Both the position numbers and the translations under genes were made by a program. Shown piece after piece: positions 1 through 9,876 of a stretch of DNA of 64,000 bases. The DNA is taken from assembly GCA_032250835.1 (NCBI GenBank), contig JAVVEA010000003.1, positions 57,458 through 121,457 of the forward strand, written 5' to 3'. The notes beneath the pieces are model-generated. The model ran no database searches, had not been told where the DNA came from, and saw nothing but the letters and a program-made list of their open reading frames with translations. Positions within the stretch are counted from its first letter, which is position 1, and each line of letters opens with the position of its first letter. The stretch is from a bacterium. Lineage in GTDB: Bacteria > SAR324 > XYD2-FULL-50-16.

Positions 1-828
1 GTATAATCGAAGCGAGGGCGACGTGCGTAGCGACGCGAGCCGGCGAGCGTTGCCCACATAAAACCATCGGCGCAGCCGATTCCCCCTAGGGACGTATAAT
101 CGAAGCGAGGGCGACGTGCGTAGCGACGCGAGCCGGCGAGCGTTGCCCACATAAAACCATCGGCGCAGCCGACACTTCTTAAGGACTTTTCAGAAAAACG
201 AAGCCAAAATTAGAGCTTCCGTAGTCTTTGCGTCTAAACTTTAGGTTTCTGGATTTGGGGAGCATAAGGCTTTGGCTGGATAACAGCTTTGGGACTACTT
301 TTTTTGGCTCACTAAGGAGCTTCGAGGCCGCAGGCCGAGGGCGACGTGTGTGACGACGCGAGCCAGCGAGTGTTGCGCAGCCTAAACCGTTGGCGAAGCC
401 AACACCCAACGCAAAAGTAGCAAAAAAACCAGCCCCCAGGTGGCTCGCCGCTAAGACCCCGTACGCCAAACTACGCTAAAAGCCAAAACTCGCCCCGCCA
501 AGCAGCACCGAACGAAGTGAGGGCTGCGGGCGTAGCGACGCGAGCACTGCGAGTGTTGCCCAGCCTAACCGTCGGCGAAGCCGACTCACTTAGGCTCGGT
601 GCTCAGACAGTTGGCTTTCTTAACGCTTCGTTTAGCTACGGGCTCTAAGCGGCTCACCAACGGGGGATCATAAAGGCCCTTACCCGCCAAGGAGCTTCGA
701 GCGAAGCGAGGGCGACGGGCGTAGCGACGCGAGCCGGCGAGTGTTGCTCATATAAAACCGTCGGCGCAGCCGACTCCCCATAGGGACGTATAATCGAAGC
801 GAGGGCGACGGGCGTAGCGACGCGAGCC
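1..828. repeat. Cluster of six copies of a structured REP-like non-coding repeat (93-bp tandem unit)
   Basis: Unit 1-93 repeats at 94-172. Diverged copies lie at about 314-403, 519-585, 689-787 and 788-828. Shared core GAGGGCGAC..GCGTAGCGACGCGAGC..GTTGCCC..AAACC-(hairpin). The array probably continues left of the window. Confidence 0.9.
433..666. repeat. Long imperfect inverted repeat (about 230 bp fold-back) with a repeat copy nested in its loop
   Basis: Arm 433-490 pairs imperfectly with 609-666. Inner stems are AGCACCGA 504-511 / TCGGTGCT 596-603 and AAGTGAG 515-521 / CTCACTT 585-591. Confidence 0.75.
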
Positions 829-929
829 TGTGTAGGTTGCCTGGACAAAGGGGGCAACGATCCAAGCGAGAACGCAGGATCCTGTTGATTTTTTGGGGCG
901 GAATTTAGGCGGTTATTTCTGCTCCGCTC

Positions 930-1820
930 CTAACGGTCCCTTTTAAGCACAAAATCGGACAATTGCCGCAATCCACCGGCCGGCAAACCGGTGTCTTCCA
1001 AATGTCCCAAAGCTTCCTGGTAGGCCTCTTCAGCCAGTTTTTGGGCCTGCTCTAACCCAAACAGGCTGGGGTAGGTCAGTTTCTGGTTTTTCTGGTCACT
1101 GCCGATGGGCTTGCCCAAGTTGGCGGCATCGCCGGTTTCATCTAAAATGTCGTCTTGGATCTGGAAGCAACGCCCCAAAGCGTTGCCAAAACGCACCACC
1201 GCAGCGGTGCGCTGCGCCTCTAGTCCCGCCAAGATAGCCCCGATCTCTAAACTGGCGGTGATCAACTGGCCTGTTTTGTGGTGGTGGATGTACTCCAGCA
1301 GCGCTGCATCGCCCTGCCCCTGTTCGGCGCGGATATCGGCCACCTGACCGGCGACCATGCCAAAGTTACCGGCTTTGGTGGACAGGCAATAGCAGGCCGC
1401 CAGCACCGCCTCTGCGGGGTAATGGGCCAACCGCTCCGGCGCACTCAGCAACCGGAAGGCTTCCGTCAAGAGGGCGTCCCCAGCTAAGAGGGCGATGTCT
1501 TCGCCATACACCTTATGGTTGGTGGGCTTGCCTCGGCGCAGGTCGTCATCGTCCATGCAGGGCAGGTCATCGTGGATCAGCGAGTAAGAATGGATGAATT
1601 CTATGGCTGCGCCAAAAGGCAAGGCCGGTTCCAACGGCTGGCCCGCCGCTTCCAACAGGCTCAACATCAAGACCGGGCGCAGCCTTTTGCCGCCAGCCAA
1701 AAGCGAATAACGGACCGATTCCTCTAAGACCGATACCTGGGGGGCCAAGGTTGGGAAGGCCCGTTGCAGGTAGGCTTCAAAGGGGCCTAGGAGTTCTTGG
1801 TAATGGGCTAAAAAGCTCAT
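930..1820 (-). CDS. ispA: Farnesyl/geranyl diphosphate synthase (polyprenyl synthetase)
   Basis: GGKRLRP, SLIHDDLPCMDDDDLRRGKPT and FQIQDDILD motifs. Confidence 0.95.
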   Translation of the reverse strand: MSFLAHYQELLGPFEAYLQRAFPTLAPQVSVLEESVRYSLLAGGKRLRPVLMLSLLEAAGQPLEPALPFGAAIEFIHSYSLIHDDLPCMDDDDLRRGKPTNHKVYGEDIALLAGDALLTEAFRLLSAPERLAHYPAEAVLAACYCLSTKAGNFGMVAGQVADIRAEQGQGDAALLEYIHHHKTGQLITASLEIGAILAGLEAQRTAAVVRFGNALGRCFQIQDDILDETGDAANLGKPIGSDQKNQKLTYPSLFGLEQAQKLAEEAYQEALGHLEDTGLPAGGLRQLSDFVLKRDR

Positions 1821-2695
1821 GCTGCTCCACTGGTTTGGTACAGTAACACCCGGTCCTTTCCGGTCAGGTCTTGGATGGCGGCTATGAGATGAAACTCGGG
1901 CGGAGCTAGGGTTTGGATTAGCTCCTTTTGCTGCCAGCCATGTTCGAAGGCTAGCATGCCCCCAGGCGCTAAAAGCCGCAAGCTCTGTTCAAATAAGTGG
2001 CGGTAGAAGGCCAGCCCTTCTTCGGGGGCTTCTAGCGCCTCTAAGGGCTCGTAGTCGCGGACCTCAGGTTCTAAGGTGGCCATTTCGGCAGCGGCAATAT
2101 AAGGCGGGTTAGAGTAGATGAGGTCGTAGGGGCCTTCGAGTCCGCCCAGGCCGTCGGCCTCAATCAGGTTCAAGACCACGTTCTTCTGTATTAAAGCTTC
2201 TTGGTATCGCTGGATGTTGGTTCGGGCATAGGCCGCCGCTTGGGGGCTTTTTTCCACCCCGTCGATTTCTAATTGGCCGCGCTCTAAGCCAAAGGCCAAC
2301 GAAATGGCTCCACTGCCCAAACCCAACTCGGCGGCCCGTAGGACGCCGGTCTTGGGGGCTTGATGCAACAAGGCCTCGACCAGCGTCTCTGTATCGGGAC
2401 GGGGGCAGAGTACGCCGGGGCCTACGGCGAGTTCTAAGGTCCAAAAATGGGCCTCGCCCAAAATGTACCCTAAAGGTTCGCGGGCAAAACGGCGGCGCAC
2501 CAACTCGCGCACCTGGGCCCGTTCGGGCTCGCTTAAAGGTTGGTCGTGGCGTAAGTAAATGTCGATCCGCTCTATCTTTAAGCCCTGGGCCACCAGTAGT
2601 TCGGCTTCAAGCCGCAGATTGCCGTCTAAGCCGCGCCGGGCTAGCTCTTCTTTGATCCAAGCCACCAGTTTGGGGGGCGTCCAGGTTTCGCTCAT
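1817..2695 (-). CDS. prmC: Release factor glutamine methyltransferase
   Basis: EPLGYILG, PRPDTE, ELGLGSG and SNPPY motifs. Confidence 0.93.
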   Translation of the reverse strand: MSETWTPPKLVAWIKEELARRGLDGNLRLEAELLVAQGLKIERIDIYLRHDQPLSEPERAQVRELVRRRFAREPLGYILGEAHFWTLELAVGPGVLCPRPDTETLVEALLHQAPKTGVLRAAELGLGSGAISLAFGLERGQLEIDGVEKSPQAAAYARTNIQRYQEALIQKNVVLNLIEADGLGGLEGPYDLIYSNPPYIAAAEMATLEPEVRDYEPLEALEAPEEGLAFYRHLFEQSLRLLAPGGMLAFEHGWQQKELIQTLAPPEFHLIAAIQDLTGKDRVLLYQTSGAA

Positions 2696-3681
2696 CGTAG
2701 CAGCAACAAGGCATAATGGATTGCCTCGATCAAGTTGCCTTCTTTGGCAACGCCCTTGCCGGCGATATCGAAGGCTGTGCCGTGGTCCGGTGAACAGCGG
2801 ACAAAGGGCAACCCTAAGGTAACATTGACCCCTTGATCAAAGGCCACCAGCTTTCCGGGGATGTGCCCTTGGTCATGGTATTGGGCGACCACCAAGTCAT
2901 ATTTCCCCTTAAAAGCGGCGATGAAAACGGCGTCTCCCGGTTCAGGGCCCACCACGTTCCAGCCTCGGTTTTGGGCTCGGCGGATCGCCGGAAGGATTTG
3001 GTCTATATCCTCGCGGCCGAAGATTCCGGCTTCTCCCGCATGAGGATTGAGGCCACAGACCGCGATGCGGGGCTGGTCGATCCCTAGTTTAACTAAGTGC
3101 TCTTGGCCGATCTGGATGCTGCGGAACACCCGTTCTTCGGTGATCTCGCGGCAGGCTTGGGCCAAAGGCATATGGGCGGTTACGTGCAAGATCCTTAAAG
3201 CTCGGGTGGAGAAGGTCATGCGGTAGTCTGTGGTGCCCGTCAAATGGGCCAAGAGGCCGGTGTGGCCGTCGAAGTGGTGGCCTGCCAGATGCAAACTTTC
3301 TTTGCAGATTGGTGCGGTCACCAACGCCGCCACGGCTCCTTCCTGAGCCAATCGGGCCCCTTCGACGATACACTTATAGGCCAAGTCACCGGCCCCGGCG
3401 TGGGGCTTGCCCAGGGAAAAATCCTGGCGGTCCAGTGGGGCGAAGTCATAGACCCGAATCCCTTCAGCGTCTGTTGTAGGCATTTGGTTCCAATCCTTAA
3501 AGGCTAAAATCTTCAGGCCCGGAGCGTGGTGCCGGGCGGTCTCGGTAATCCACTGGGCATCGCCGACCACCACCACCTGGGCTTGGGCGCGGTCGATCTG
3601 GGGCCAGGCCTTGACGATAGTTTCCGGGCCGATTCCAGCGGCGTCTCCCATCGTTAGGGCAATTAAAGGGGCAGGATTCAT
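2692..3681 (-). CDS. pdxA: 4-hydroxythreonine-4-phosphate dehydrogenase family (PdxA or PdxA2)
   Basis: TMGDAAGIGPE, GLNPHAGE, YHDQG and DHGTAFDIAG motifs. Start moved to ATG at 3681. Confidence 0.9.
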   Translation of the reverse strand: MNPAPLIALTMGDAAGIGPETIVKAWPQIDRAQAQVVVVGDAQWITETARHHAPGLKILAFKDWNQMPTTDAEGIRVYDFAPLDRQDFSLGKPHAGAGDLAYKCIVEGARLAQEGAVAALVTAPICKESLHLAGHHFDGHTGLLAHLTGTTDYRMTFSTRALRILHVTAHMPLAQACREITEERVFRSIQIGQEHLVKLGIDQPRIAVCGLNPHAGEAGIFGREDIDQILPAIRRAQNRGWNVVGPEPGDAVFIAAFKGKYDLVVAQYHDQGHIPGKLVAFDQGVNVTLGLPFVRCSPDHGTAFDIAGKGVAKEGNLIEAIHYALLLLR

Positions 3682-3869
3682 CTTTTCAGCAGGGGCTTTG
3701 TTCTTGAAGGGATTACCAATATTTGCATAGAATAACGACACCGACAACGCAAAGGCAATCCCCCAAATAAGGCTGTACGATTTGGCGCTGAAAGGATACA
3801 ACTTAGTGTCCTGGCCAGAGTTTTACAGAACCGGGAATTCTGCCGCCGAGGTAATCATAATGGGGAAGA

Positions 3870-4181
3870 ATGATTGAATTTCAAGTCGAAGGGGACCGAC
3901 TCGTTTGTCTACCTGTAGAGGAAATTATCGCCTCCAACGTGCCGACCATGCGCGAAACGCTGATCGAACACCTCGATGAGGCAAAGGATTGGAACGAACT
4001 GATCTTTGACTGCCATAAGGTAGAAACGCTGGACTCGATTGGGATCAACCTGATTGTCGGTCTCTTTAAGCGCGCCCGGGTAGCGGGCAAAGAGTTCCGG
4101 GTGGTCGGTTGCAACCCTGCTATGGTCAAAGTGCTACAACTCTTTCGGCTCGACGAGCAGTTTCCGGTGGAGGCTCAATGA
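3870..4181 (+). CDS. STAS domain anti-anti-sigma factor
   Basis: 103 aa with LDSIG, which carries the phosphorylatable Ser of the SpoIIAA/RsbV family. Stop overlaps the cheA start. Confidence 0.88.
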   Translation: MIEFQVEGDRLVCLPVEEIIASNVPTMRETLIEHLDEAKDWNELIFDCHKVETLDSIGINLIVGLFKRARVAGKEFRVVGCNPAMVKVLQLFRLDEQFPVEAQ

Positions 4182-7100
4182 TGACCGACGACGATATGTT
4201 GGTCGGTTTTCTGGACGAGGCACGCGAGCATTTGTCCACCATCGAGCCCGACCTGCTGACCCTTGAGTCCAACCCCAAAGACCAAGAAACGATCAACCGT
4301 CTTTTCCGTAGCGTCCACTCGATCAAGGGTGGGGCAGGGTTCTTCGGGCTAGAGACCCTCTCGAAGATGGCCCACGTGATGGAAAACCTGATGAGCAAAG
4401 CTCGTGCAGGCGGATTGACCCTGGGCCAGACGCACATCGACGCCCTCCTTTCGGGGCTAGACAAGCTCAACCAAATGGTGGCGGAACCGAAAACTAGCAA
4501 CGACATAGACATCAGTAACGAACGCGACCACCTCGAATCTTTGGCTGAAGGTAAAGAGGCCGCTGCGGCACCGGCACCCACTCCGAGCGCGGCCCCTGCG
4601 ACTCCTGCGGCCCCCGTCCCGCCTCCGGTAGCGGCCCCGGCTGTGGTTGAAGAAGCCGAGAGGACCATGAAGACCAGCGAGTTCGATTTGCCCCAAAAGG
4701 AAATCGAATGGGTGGCTCAACACGACATGAACCTTTATGCCGTCAGCGTGTACCTGAACCGCGACATCATGTCCAAGGGCAAGACCCCCTATCAATTCAT
4801 CAGCGATCTAGAGGAATTGGGCCGCTTTGTGGACAGTTACTTGGATACGGACGATGCCGAAAGCCTTGAAGGCGACGTGGACGAAGAAGATCTACGCTTC
4901 ACCTTCGTTTTTGCCTCGATTATGGCCCCTGCGGTAGCCGCCGAGGGCTTAGCAGTGCGTGAAGACCAGTTGCAGCACCTCAAGCTGGCCGAAATCAAAG
5001 ACGGCAAGGTGCGGGTCACCCTACCGGCAAAAGTTCCGAAAAAAGCCGCTCCGGCGGCAGCACCGGCCCCGGTAGCCGCCCCGCCCGCAGTGATTCCAGA
5101 GCCCGAGCCAGAGCCCGAAGCCGAATCGGACGCTTTACCTCTAAGCCCTCCATCTGGAATGGGTAGCAGTAAGGTTTTAGACACCAAAAAGGTCAAAACC
5201 GACGAATCCATTCGGGTCGGTGTCGCCAAGCTTAATAAGTTGGTGGACTTGGCTGGTGAGTTGGTGCTGGTACGCAACCAATTGTTGCAGGCCGGGGAAA
5301 AGGAAAGCAAAAAGAGCTCGAGTTTGATGAGCATCTTGCAGGGCCTCAACATGGTCACCACAGAACTGCAAGAAGAGATTCTCAACACGCGCATGCAAGC
5401 GGTCCAGACCGTCTTCGGTAAGTTCCCCCGGTTGGTCCGCGAATTGGGCCGCAGCTTGGGCAAGGACATCAATTTAGTCACCGAAGGTGGTGAGGTGGAA
5501 TTGGATAAGACCGTCTTAGAGGCTCTGAGCGACCCTTTGACCCACATGATCCGCAATACCGCCGACCACGGGATTGAAATGCCTGACGAGCGCAAACAGG
5601 CGGGCAAAATCCCTCAAGGTAAGTTGCTGCTCAAGGCTTACCACGAATCAGGTCAGGTGATCATCGAAGTCTCCGACGACGGGCGCGGCATTGACGGCGA
5701 TGCCGTCGCCGCCAGTGCGGTCAAGAAAGGCGTGCTGACTCAGGCCGATGCCTTGACCATGACCGACCGGGAGAAACAAAACCTGATCTTCCACCCCGGC
5801 TTTTCGATGGCCAAACAAGTTAGCAATGTCTCGGGCCGGGGCGTGGGGATGGACGTGGTCCGCAGCAACATCGAGCAGATCGGTGGGTCCGTGGACCTTC
5901 GTTCAAAAGCCGGGCAAGGCACTAGCTTAAAATTGACGCTGCCTTTAACCATGGCCATCGTCAGTTGTTTGATCGTCGAAAGTGAAGGGCAGCGCTTCGC
6001 CATCCCCCAGGTCAACCTGGAAGAATTGGTGATGCTAAAGCCTGAAGACTATGAAGAAATGTTAGGCTACGTGCAAGACCGCGAGGTGTTGCGGCTGCGC
6101 GGTGACTTGCTGCCCCTGGTTTCTTTGGCCGAGGGTTTAGGCATCAAAGAGAGCCAGCCCAAGGCCTACCGTACGTTCTTACGCCAACTCAACAGCCAAC
6201 AGGCGGCCGACGAGCGCAAACGCAGCGAAACCAAACGGCGCGGCGAAGAACGTAGCGACCCCCGGCCCTATTATAACCTCACCGATAAAACCACTGAAGG
6301 CAAACGCCAGGAAGCGGTACGGGTTTTGATCATCTCCGTGGGTATCAATAAGGTGGGCGTGGTGGTTAATTCGATTGTCGGTTCTGAGGAGATCGTGGTC
6401 AAGCCCATGCCCGAATACTTGCAGCACCTGACCTTCTTCTCGGGCGCGACGATCTTGGGCGATGGCACCGTGGCGATGATCATCGACACTTTGGGCTTTG
6501 TCCAACACAACCAACTCTCGCTCACCGAACAGCGCATGCAAGGCCGCAGCCTAGAGCAAGCCAAGAAGAGCGTAGAAGAAGCCCAATCGCTGTTGATCTT
6601 CGACAACGGTACGGAAGAGCGCTTTGCCATCACCATCCCCTTGATCCAGCGGGTGGACGAAATTGAGCTGTCGCAGATCCAAAGGGTCTCGGGGAAAGAC
6701 TACCTGGAATACCGTGGCGAGCAGATGCGCTTGTTGCATCTATCAGACTACTTAGACGTAGGTAAGCCCGAAAAACGCAGCGAAAAGACCAGTATCATCA
6801 TCCCCAAAGAGACCCACATGCCGGTGGGGATTGTGATCAACCGGGTGATCGACACCAAGACTATGTACATTGACGTCTCCGAAGGGGCCATCCATGGGCC
6901 GGGGATCTTGGGATCTACCCTGATCGACGGGAAGATTACGTTGCTTTTAGACCTTTACGCCCTGTTAGAGCTAGGCGAGCCCGACGCGCTGCACCGGGTG
7001 CATTTTAACGAAAGCAAGGTCAAAGCCAGCAAGATTTTGGTGATTGAAGACACCCCCTTGTTCCAGACCATTGTGCGTGAGTACCTAAGCAGCGTCGGCT

Positions 7101-7384
7101 TTGAGGTAGACGTGGAAGAGAACGGCAAGCTGGGGGTCGAGGCGATCGAACGTAAACACTATGACCTAGTGCTCTGTGATATCGAAATGCCGGTGATGGA
7201 CGGGTTTGACGTGATCCGCACCCTACGGGCGAATGAAAAATTTAGGGACCTTAAGGTGATTGCTCTGACCAGTCTAGACGACGACAAGTTGATCAAAGAA
7301 GGTCTGGCGGCGGGCTTTAATGAGTGGATGATCAAGCTGGATAAAGAAAAGATGCTGGCTACGGTCAACCAATACTTGAACTGA
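4178..7384 (+). CDS. cheA: Hybrid chemotaxis histidine kinase (HPt, P2-like, dimerisation, HATPase, two CheW, REC)
   Basis: LFRSVHSIKG, HMIRNTADHG and SGRGVGMDVV motifs, plus a C-terminal receiver (LCDIEMP). Start is ATG at 4178, after GGAGG. Confidence 0.95.
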   Translation: MMTDDDMLVGFLDEAREHLSTIEPDLLTLESNPKDQETINRLFRSVHSIKGGAGFFGLETLSKMAHVMENLMSKARAGGLTLGQTHIDALLSGLDKLNQMVAEPKTSNDIDISNERDHLESLAEGKEAAAAPAPTPSAAPATPAAPVPPPVAAPAVVEEAERTMKTSEFDLPQKEIEWVAQHDMNLYAVSVYLNRDIMSKGKTPYQFISDLEELGRFVDSYLDTDDAESLEGDVDEEDLRFTFVFASIMAPAVAAEGLAVREDQLQHLKLAEIKDGKVRVTLPAKVPKKAAPAAAPAPVAAPPAVIPEPEPEPEAESDALPLSPPSGMGSSKVLDTKKVKTDESIRVGVAKLNKLVDLAGELVLVRNQLLQAGEKESKKSSSLMSILQGLNMVTTELQEEILNTRMQAVQTVFGKFPRLVRELGRSLGKDINLVTEGGEVELDKTVLEALSDPLTHMIRNTADHGIEMPDERKQAGKIPQGKLLLKAYHESGQVIIEVSDDGRGIDGDAVAASAVKKGVLTQADALTMTDREKQNLIFHPGFSMAKQVSNVSGRGVGMDVVRSNIEQIGGSVDLRSKAGQGTSLKLTLPLTMAIVSCLIVESEGQRFAIPQVNLEELVMLKPEDYEEMLGYVQDREVLRLRGDLLPLVSLAEGLGIKESQPKAYRTFLRQLNSQQAADERKRSETKRRGEERSDPRPYYNLTDKTTEGKRQEAVRVLIISVGINKVGVVVNSIVGSEEIVVKPMPEYLQHLTFFSGATILGDGTVAMIIDTLGFVQHNQLSLTEQRMQGRSLEQAKKSVEEAQSLLIFDNGTEERFAITIPLIQRVDEIELSQIQRVSGKDYLEYRGEQMRLLHLSDYLDVGKPEKRSEKTSIIIPKETHMPVGIVINRVIDTKTMYIDVSEGAIHGPGILGSTLIDGKITLLLDLYALLELGEPDALHRVHFNESKVKASKILVIEDTPLFQTIVREYLSSVGFEVDVEENGKLGVEAIERKHYDLVLCDIEMPVMDGFDVIRTLRANEKFRDLKVIALTSLDDDKLIKEGLAAGFNEWMIKLDKEKMLATVNQYLN

Positions 7385-7395
7385 CAAGGGGAATC

Positions 7396-7893
7396 ATGGC
7401 ACAAGTGGCGACCTTTCATATTGGCGACGAACTCTTTGGGGTGGACATCCTACTGACCAAAGAGATCGGCAAGTTACAAGAAATTACCGAGGTGCCCATG
7501 GCGCCTGATTTCTTTCTGGGCTTGATGAACCTGCGCGGTCAGGTTGTGACCGTCATGGACCCGGGCGTCTTCTTGGACCAAAAGTGTCAGGTAGCGCCTG
7601 AAGAACGCCGTTTGATCATCTTAAAAAACAAAGGGGAGCTGGATGACCTCTTCCGCAATGACTTGATCGAAGAAACCAGCATGAGCCGAGACACCTTGGC
7701 GATTGTGATCGACCGGATTGGTGACGTGGTTGAGGTGGCCGACGAAGACATCCGCCCCACCCCGCCGAACCTTTCGGTAGTCAAAAAAGAATTTGTGTCT
7801 GGTATCATCCAGCAGCAGAGCAAACTGATCATTCTGTTGGATATGGGGGCTTTGGCTAAGCGTTGCATCCCCAAAGAAGAAGCAGTCAACTAG
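7396..7893 (+). CDS. cheW: Chemotaxis adaptor CheW
   Basis: GLMNLRGQVVTV motif and operon context. Confidence 0.93.
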   Translation: MAQVATFHIGDELFGVDILLTKEIGKLQEITEVPMAPDFFLGLMNLRGQVVTVMDPGVFLDQKCQVAPEERRLIILKNKGELDDLFRNDLIEETSMSRDTLAIVIDRIGDVVEVADEDIRPTPPNLSVVKKEFVSGIIQQQSKLIILLDMGALAKRCIPKEEAVN

Positions 7894-7941
7894 TCTAAAC
7901 TAGCCCCGCCTACCAAAATACTATATATACCAGGAAATGGG

Positions 7942-9015
7942 ATGAGCGATGCTCTGAAGATCATGGTGGTAGATGACACGATCACTTACCGTCAGATCCT
8001 GTCAAAAGTAGTTGAATCCATAGAAGGTACTGAACTACTGGCCAGTGCCTCTTCGGGCAGGACGGCCTTGATGAAGATGGAGGCGAACCAGCCGGACTTG
8101 GTTTTCTTGGATGTGATGATGCCCGAGATGGACGGCATCGAAACACTCAAGCACATCAAAGCCAAGTACCCCAAGGTGGAAGTGGTGATGGTCTCGGGGG
8201 CCGATAAAGAAGCAGCCAACATCACTTTACAAAGCTTAGAGGCCGGTGCGCTGGATTTTGTCGCCAAGCCTCAGGCTAGCTCGATGCAAGAGGGCTTGGA
8301 ACAGCTGACCCAGGCCTTGGCACCGGTGATTGAGGCGGTCCATGCGCGCCGCCGTAAGGCCCGCCCAACTCCCGCAGGAGCCCCCCGCCCAGCCCCGGCC
8401 CCGGTGGCCACCCCGGCGTCTAGCGAGGCCCGCAAACCCCGTCATTATGACGCAGTGGTTTTGGGTATCAGCACCGGCGGGCCCAACGCTCTGCACGAAT
8501 TATTTTCTACCCTTAAAGGCAATCTGACGGTGCCGGTGTTGATTGTTCAGCACATGCCGCCCATGTTTACCGCCTCTTTAGCCGAGCGTCTCGATAGCGT
8601 AACAAGCATGAAGGTCAAAGAAGCCGAAGCCGGAGAATCGATCTTGGCTGGCAACGTCTACATCGCCCCTGGGGGCAAACATATGGGCGTTTACCGAGAA
8701 GGCGGGCAGTTGAAGGTACAGATTAACGACCTACCCCCGGTCAACCATTGCAAGCCAGCGGTGGATGTCTTGTTTGAGTCCGTCGCCAAGTTGGGGGACA
8801 TGAATCCTCTGGCGGTCGTGATGACCGGCATGGGCCGAGATGGGGCCAAAGGCGTGGTCCAGTTGCGCCAACAGGGGGCCTATTGTTTGATCCAAGATGA
8901 AGCCAGTTCGGTGGTCTGGGGCATGCCCGGAGCGGTGGCTGAAGTCAAGGCAGCCGACGAAATCTTGCCGCTGTCTCGCTTGGGTGCCCGGATGTTAGAA
9001 TTGACCCAACCATAA
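7942..9015 (+). CDS. cheB: Chemotaxis methylesterase with receiver domain
   Basis: REC (LDVMMP) plus catalytic ISTGG, QHMP and MGRDG motifs. Confidence 0.95.
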   Translation: MSDALKIMVVDDTITYRQILSKVVESIEGTELLASASSGRTALMKMEANQPDLVFLDVMMPEMDGIETLKHIKAKYPKVEVVMVSGADKEAANITLQSLEAGALDFVAKPQASSMQEGLEQLTQALAPVIEAVHARRRKARPTPAGAPRPAPAPVATPASSEARKPRHYDAVVLGISTGGPNALHELFSTLKGNLTVPVLIVQHMPPMFTASLAERLDSVTSMKVKEAEAGESILAGNVYIAPGGKHMGVYREGGQLKVQINDLPPVNHCKPAVDVLFESVAKLGDMNPLAVVMTGMGRDGAKGVVQLRQQGAYCLIQDEASSVVWGMPGAVAEVKAADEILPLSRLGARMLELTQP

Positions 9016-9028
9016 CGCAGGAAGTCCT

Positions 9029-9868
9029 ATGGGTCGCGTCGCACCAATAACGGAGCATGAATTCAACAAGATCAGAGACCTTTTGGTGTCGGTCTGCGGG
9101 ATTGACCTCAAGCCGGATCAGGACTATCTGGTCGAAACGCGCTTGAGCGAACTGGCCGTCCAACTAGGTGCGACTACTTTCGGCGAACTTCACCGCCACA
9201 TCATTGCCGATCCCGAGGTGATGCCCAAGGTGGTGGACCTGATGACCACCAACGAGACTCTTTGGTTTCGAGATGCCTCTTGTTGGTTGACCCTTAAAGA
9301 CAAATTGTTGCCGCACTTCTTTGAGCAGCTTAAAGAAGGTAAACCTAAGATCCGGGTTTGGTCGGCCGCCAGTTCGACCGGTCAAGAGGCTTACAGCTTG
9401 GCTATTTTGATCGACGAAGAATGCCGCCGGTTGGGCCATCCCGAGTGGGTCGAACGCTTTGAAATTCGTGGCACCGACATTTCGACGGCCGCGGTCTTTT
9501 TAGCCCGTCAGGCCCGTTATGATTCCTTTACGGTGAGCCGGGGGCTCTCGGCGGAACGCTGCGCAGCCTATTTCCATAAAGAAGAAAACAGCTACCAACT
9601 GCACCAGCGCATCATCGACCGCGCTCGCTTTGAACATTTTAACCTGATGGAGTCCTTCGCGCCGCTGGGCCGTTTCGATCTGGTCTTTTGCCGGAATGTT
9701 GCGATATACTTCTCCAAAAGCTTTAAAGAAGAACTCTTCGAAAAAATCGCCGGAGTTCTAAATTCCGATGGTTTTTTGTTGTTAGGTGCCACCGAGTCCC
9801 TCTTTGGCCTCAAGGCACCCTTCACCAGCCAAAGCCACTTAAACGGCGTTTATTATGTTCATAAGTAA
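9029..9868 (+). CDS. cheR: Chemotaxis methyltransferase
   Basis: TTNETLWFR, WSAASSTGQEAYS and FCRNV motifs. Confidence 0.95.
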   Translation: MGRVAPITEHEFNKIRDLLVSVCGIDLKPDQDYLVETRLSELAVQLGATTFGELHRHIIADPEVMPKVVDLMTTNETLWFRDASCWLTLKDKLLPHFFEQLKEGKPKIRVWSAASSTGQEAYSLAILIDEECRRLGHPEWVERFEIRGTDISTAAVFLARQARYDSFTVSRGLSAERCAAYFHKEENSYQLHQRIIDRARFEHFNLMESFAPLGRFDLVFCRNVAIYFSKSFKEELFEKIAGVLNSDGFLLLGATESLFGLKAPFTSQSHLNGVYYVHK

Positions 9869-9876
9869 GGGGCCTG

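Noticed and set aside
1-828. CRISPR array
   Set aside because: Units repeat along their whole length with no unique spacers, and there are no cas genes.
179-865. Small ORFs 179..469, 654..857 and 680..865 as proteins
   Set aside because: They are translations of the palindromic repeats with no recognisable motifs.
4560-5130. Pro/Ala-rich repeats in cheA as repeat elements
   Set aside because: These are ordinary low-complexity CheA linkers.
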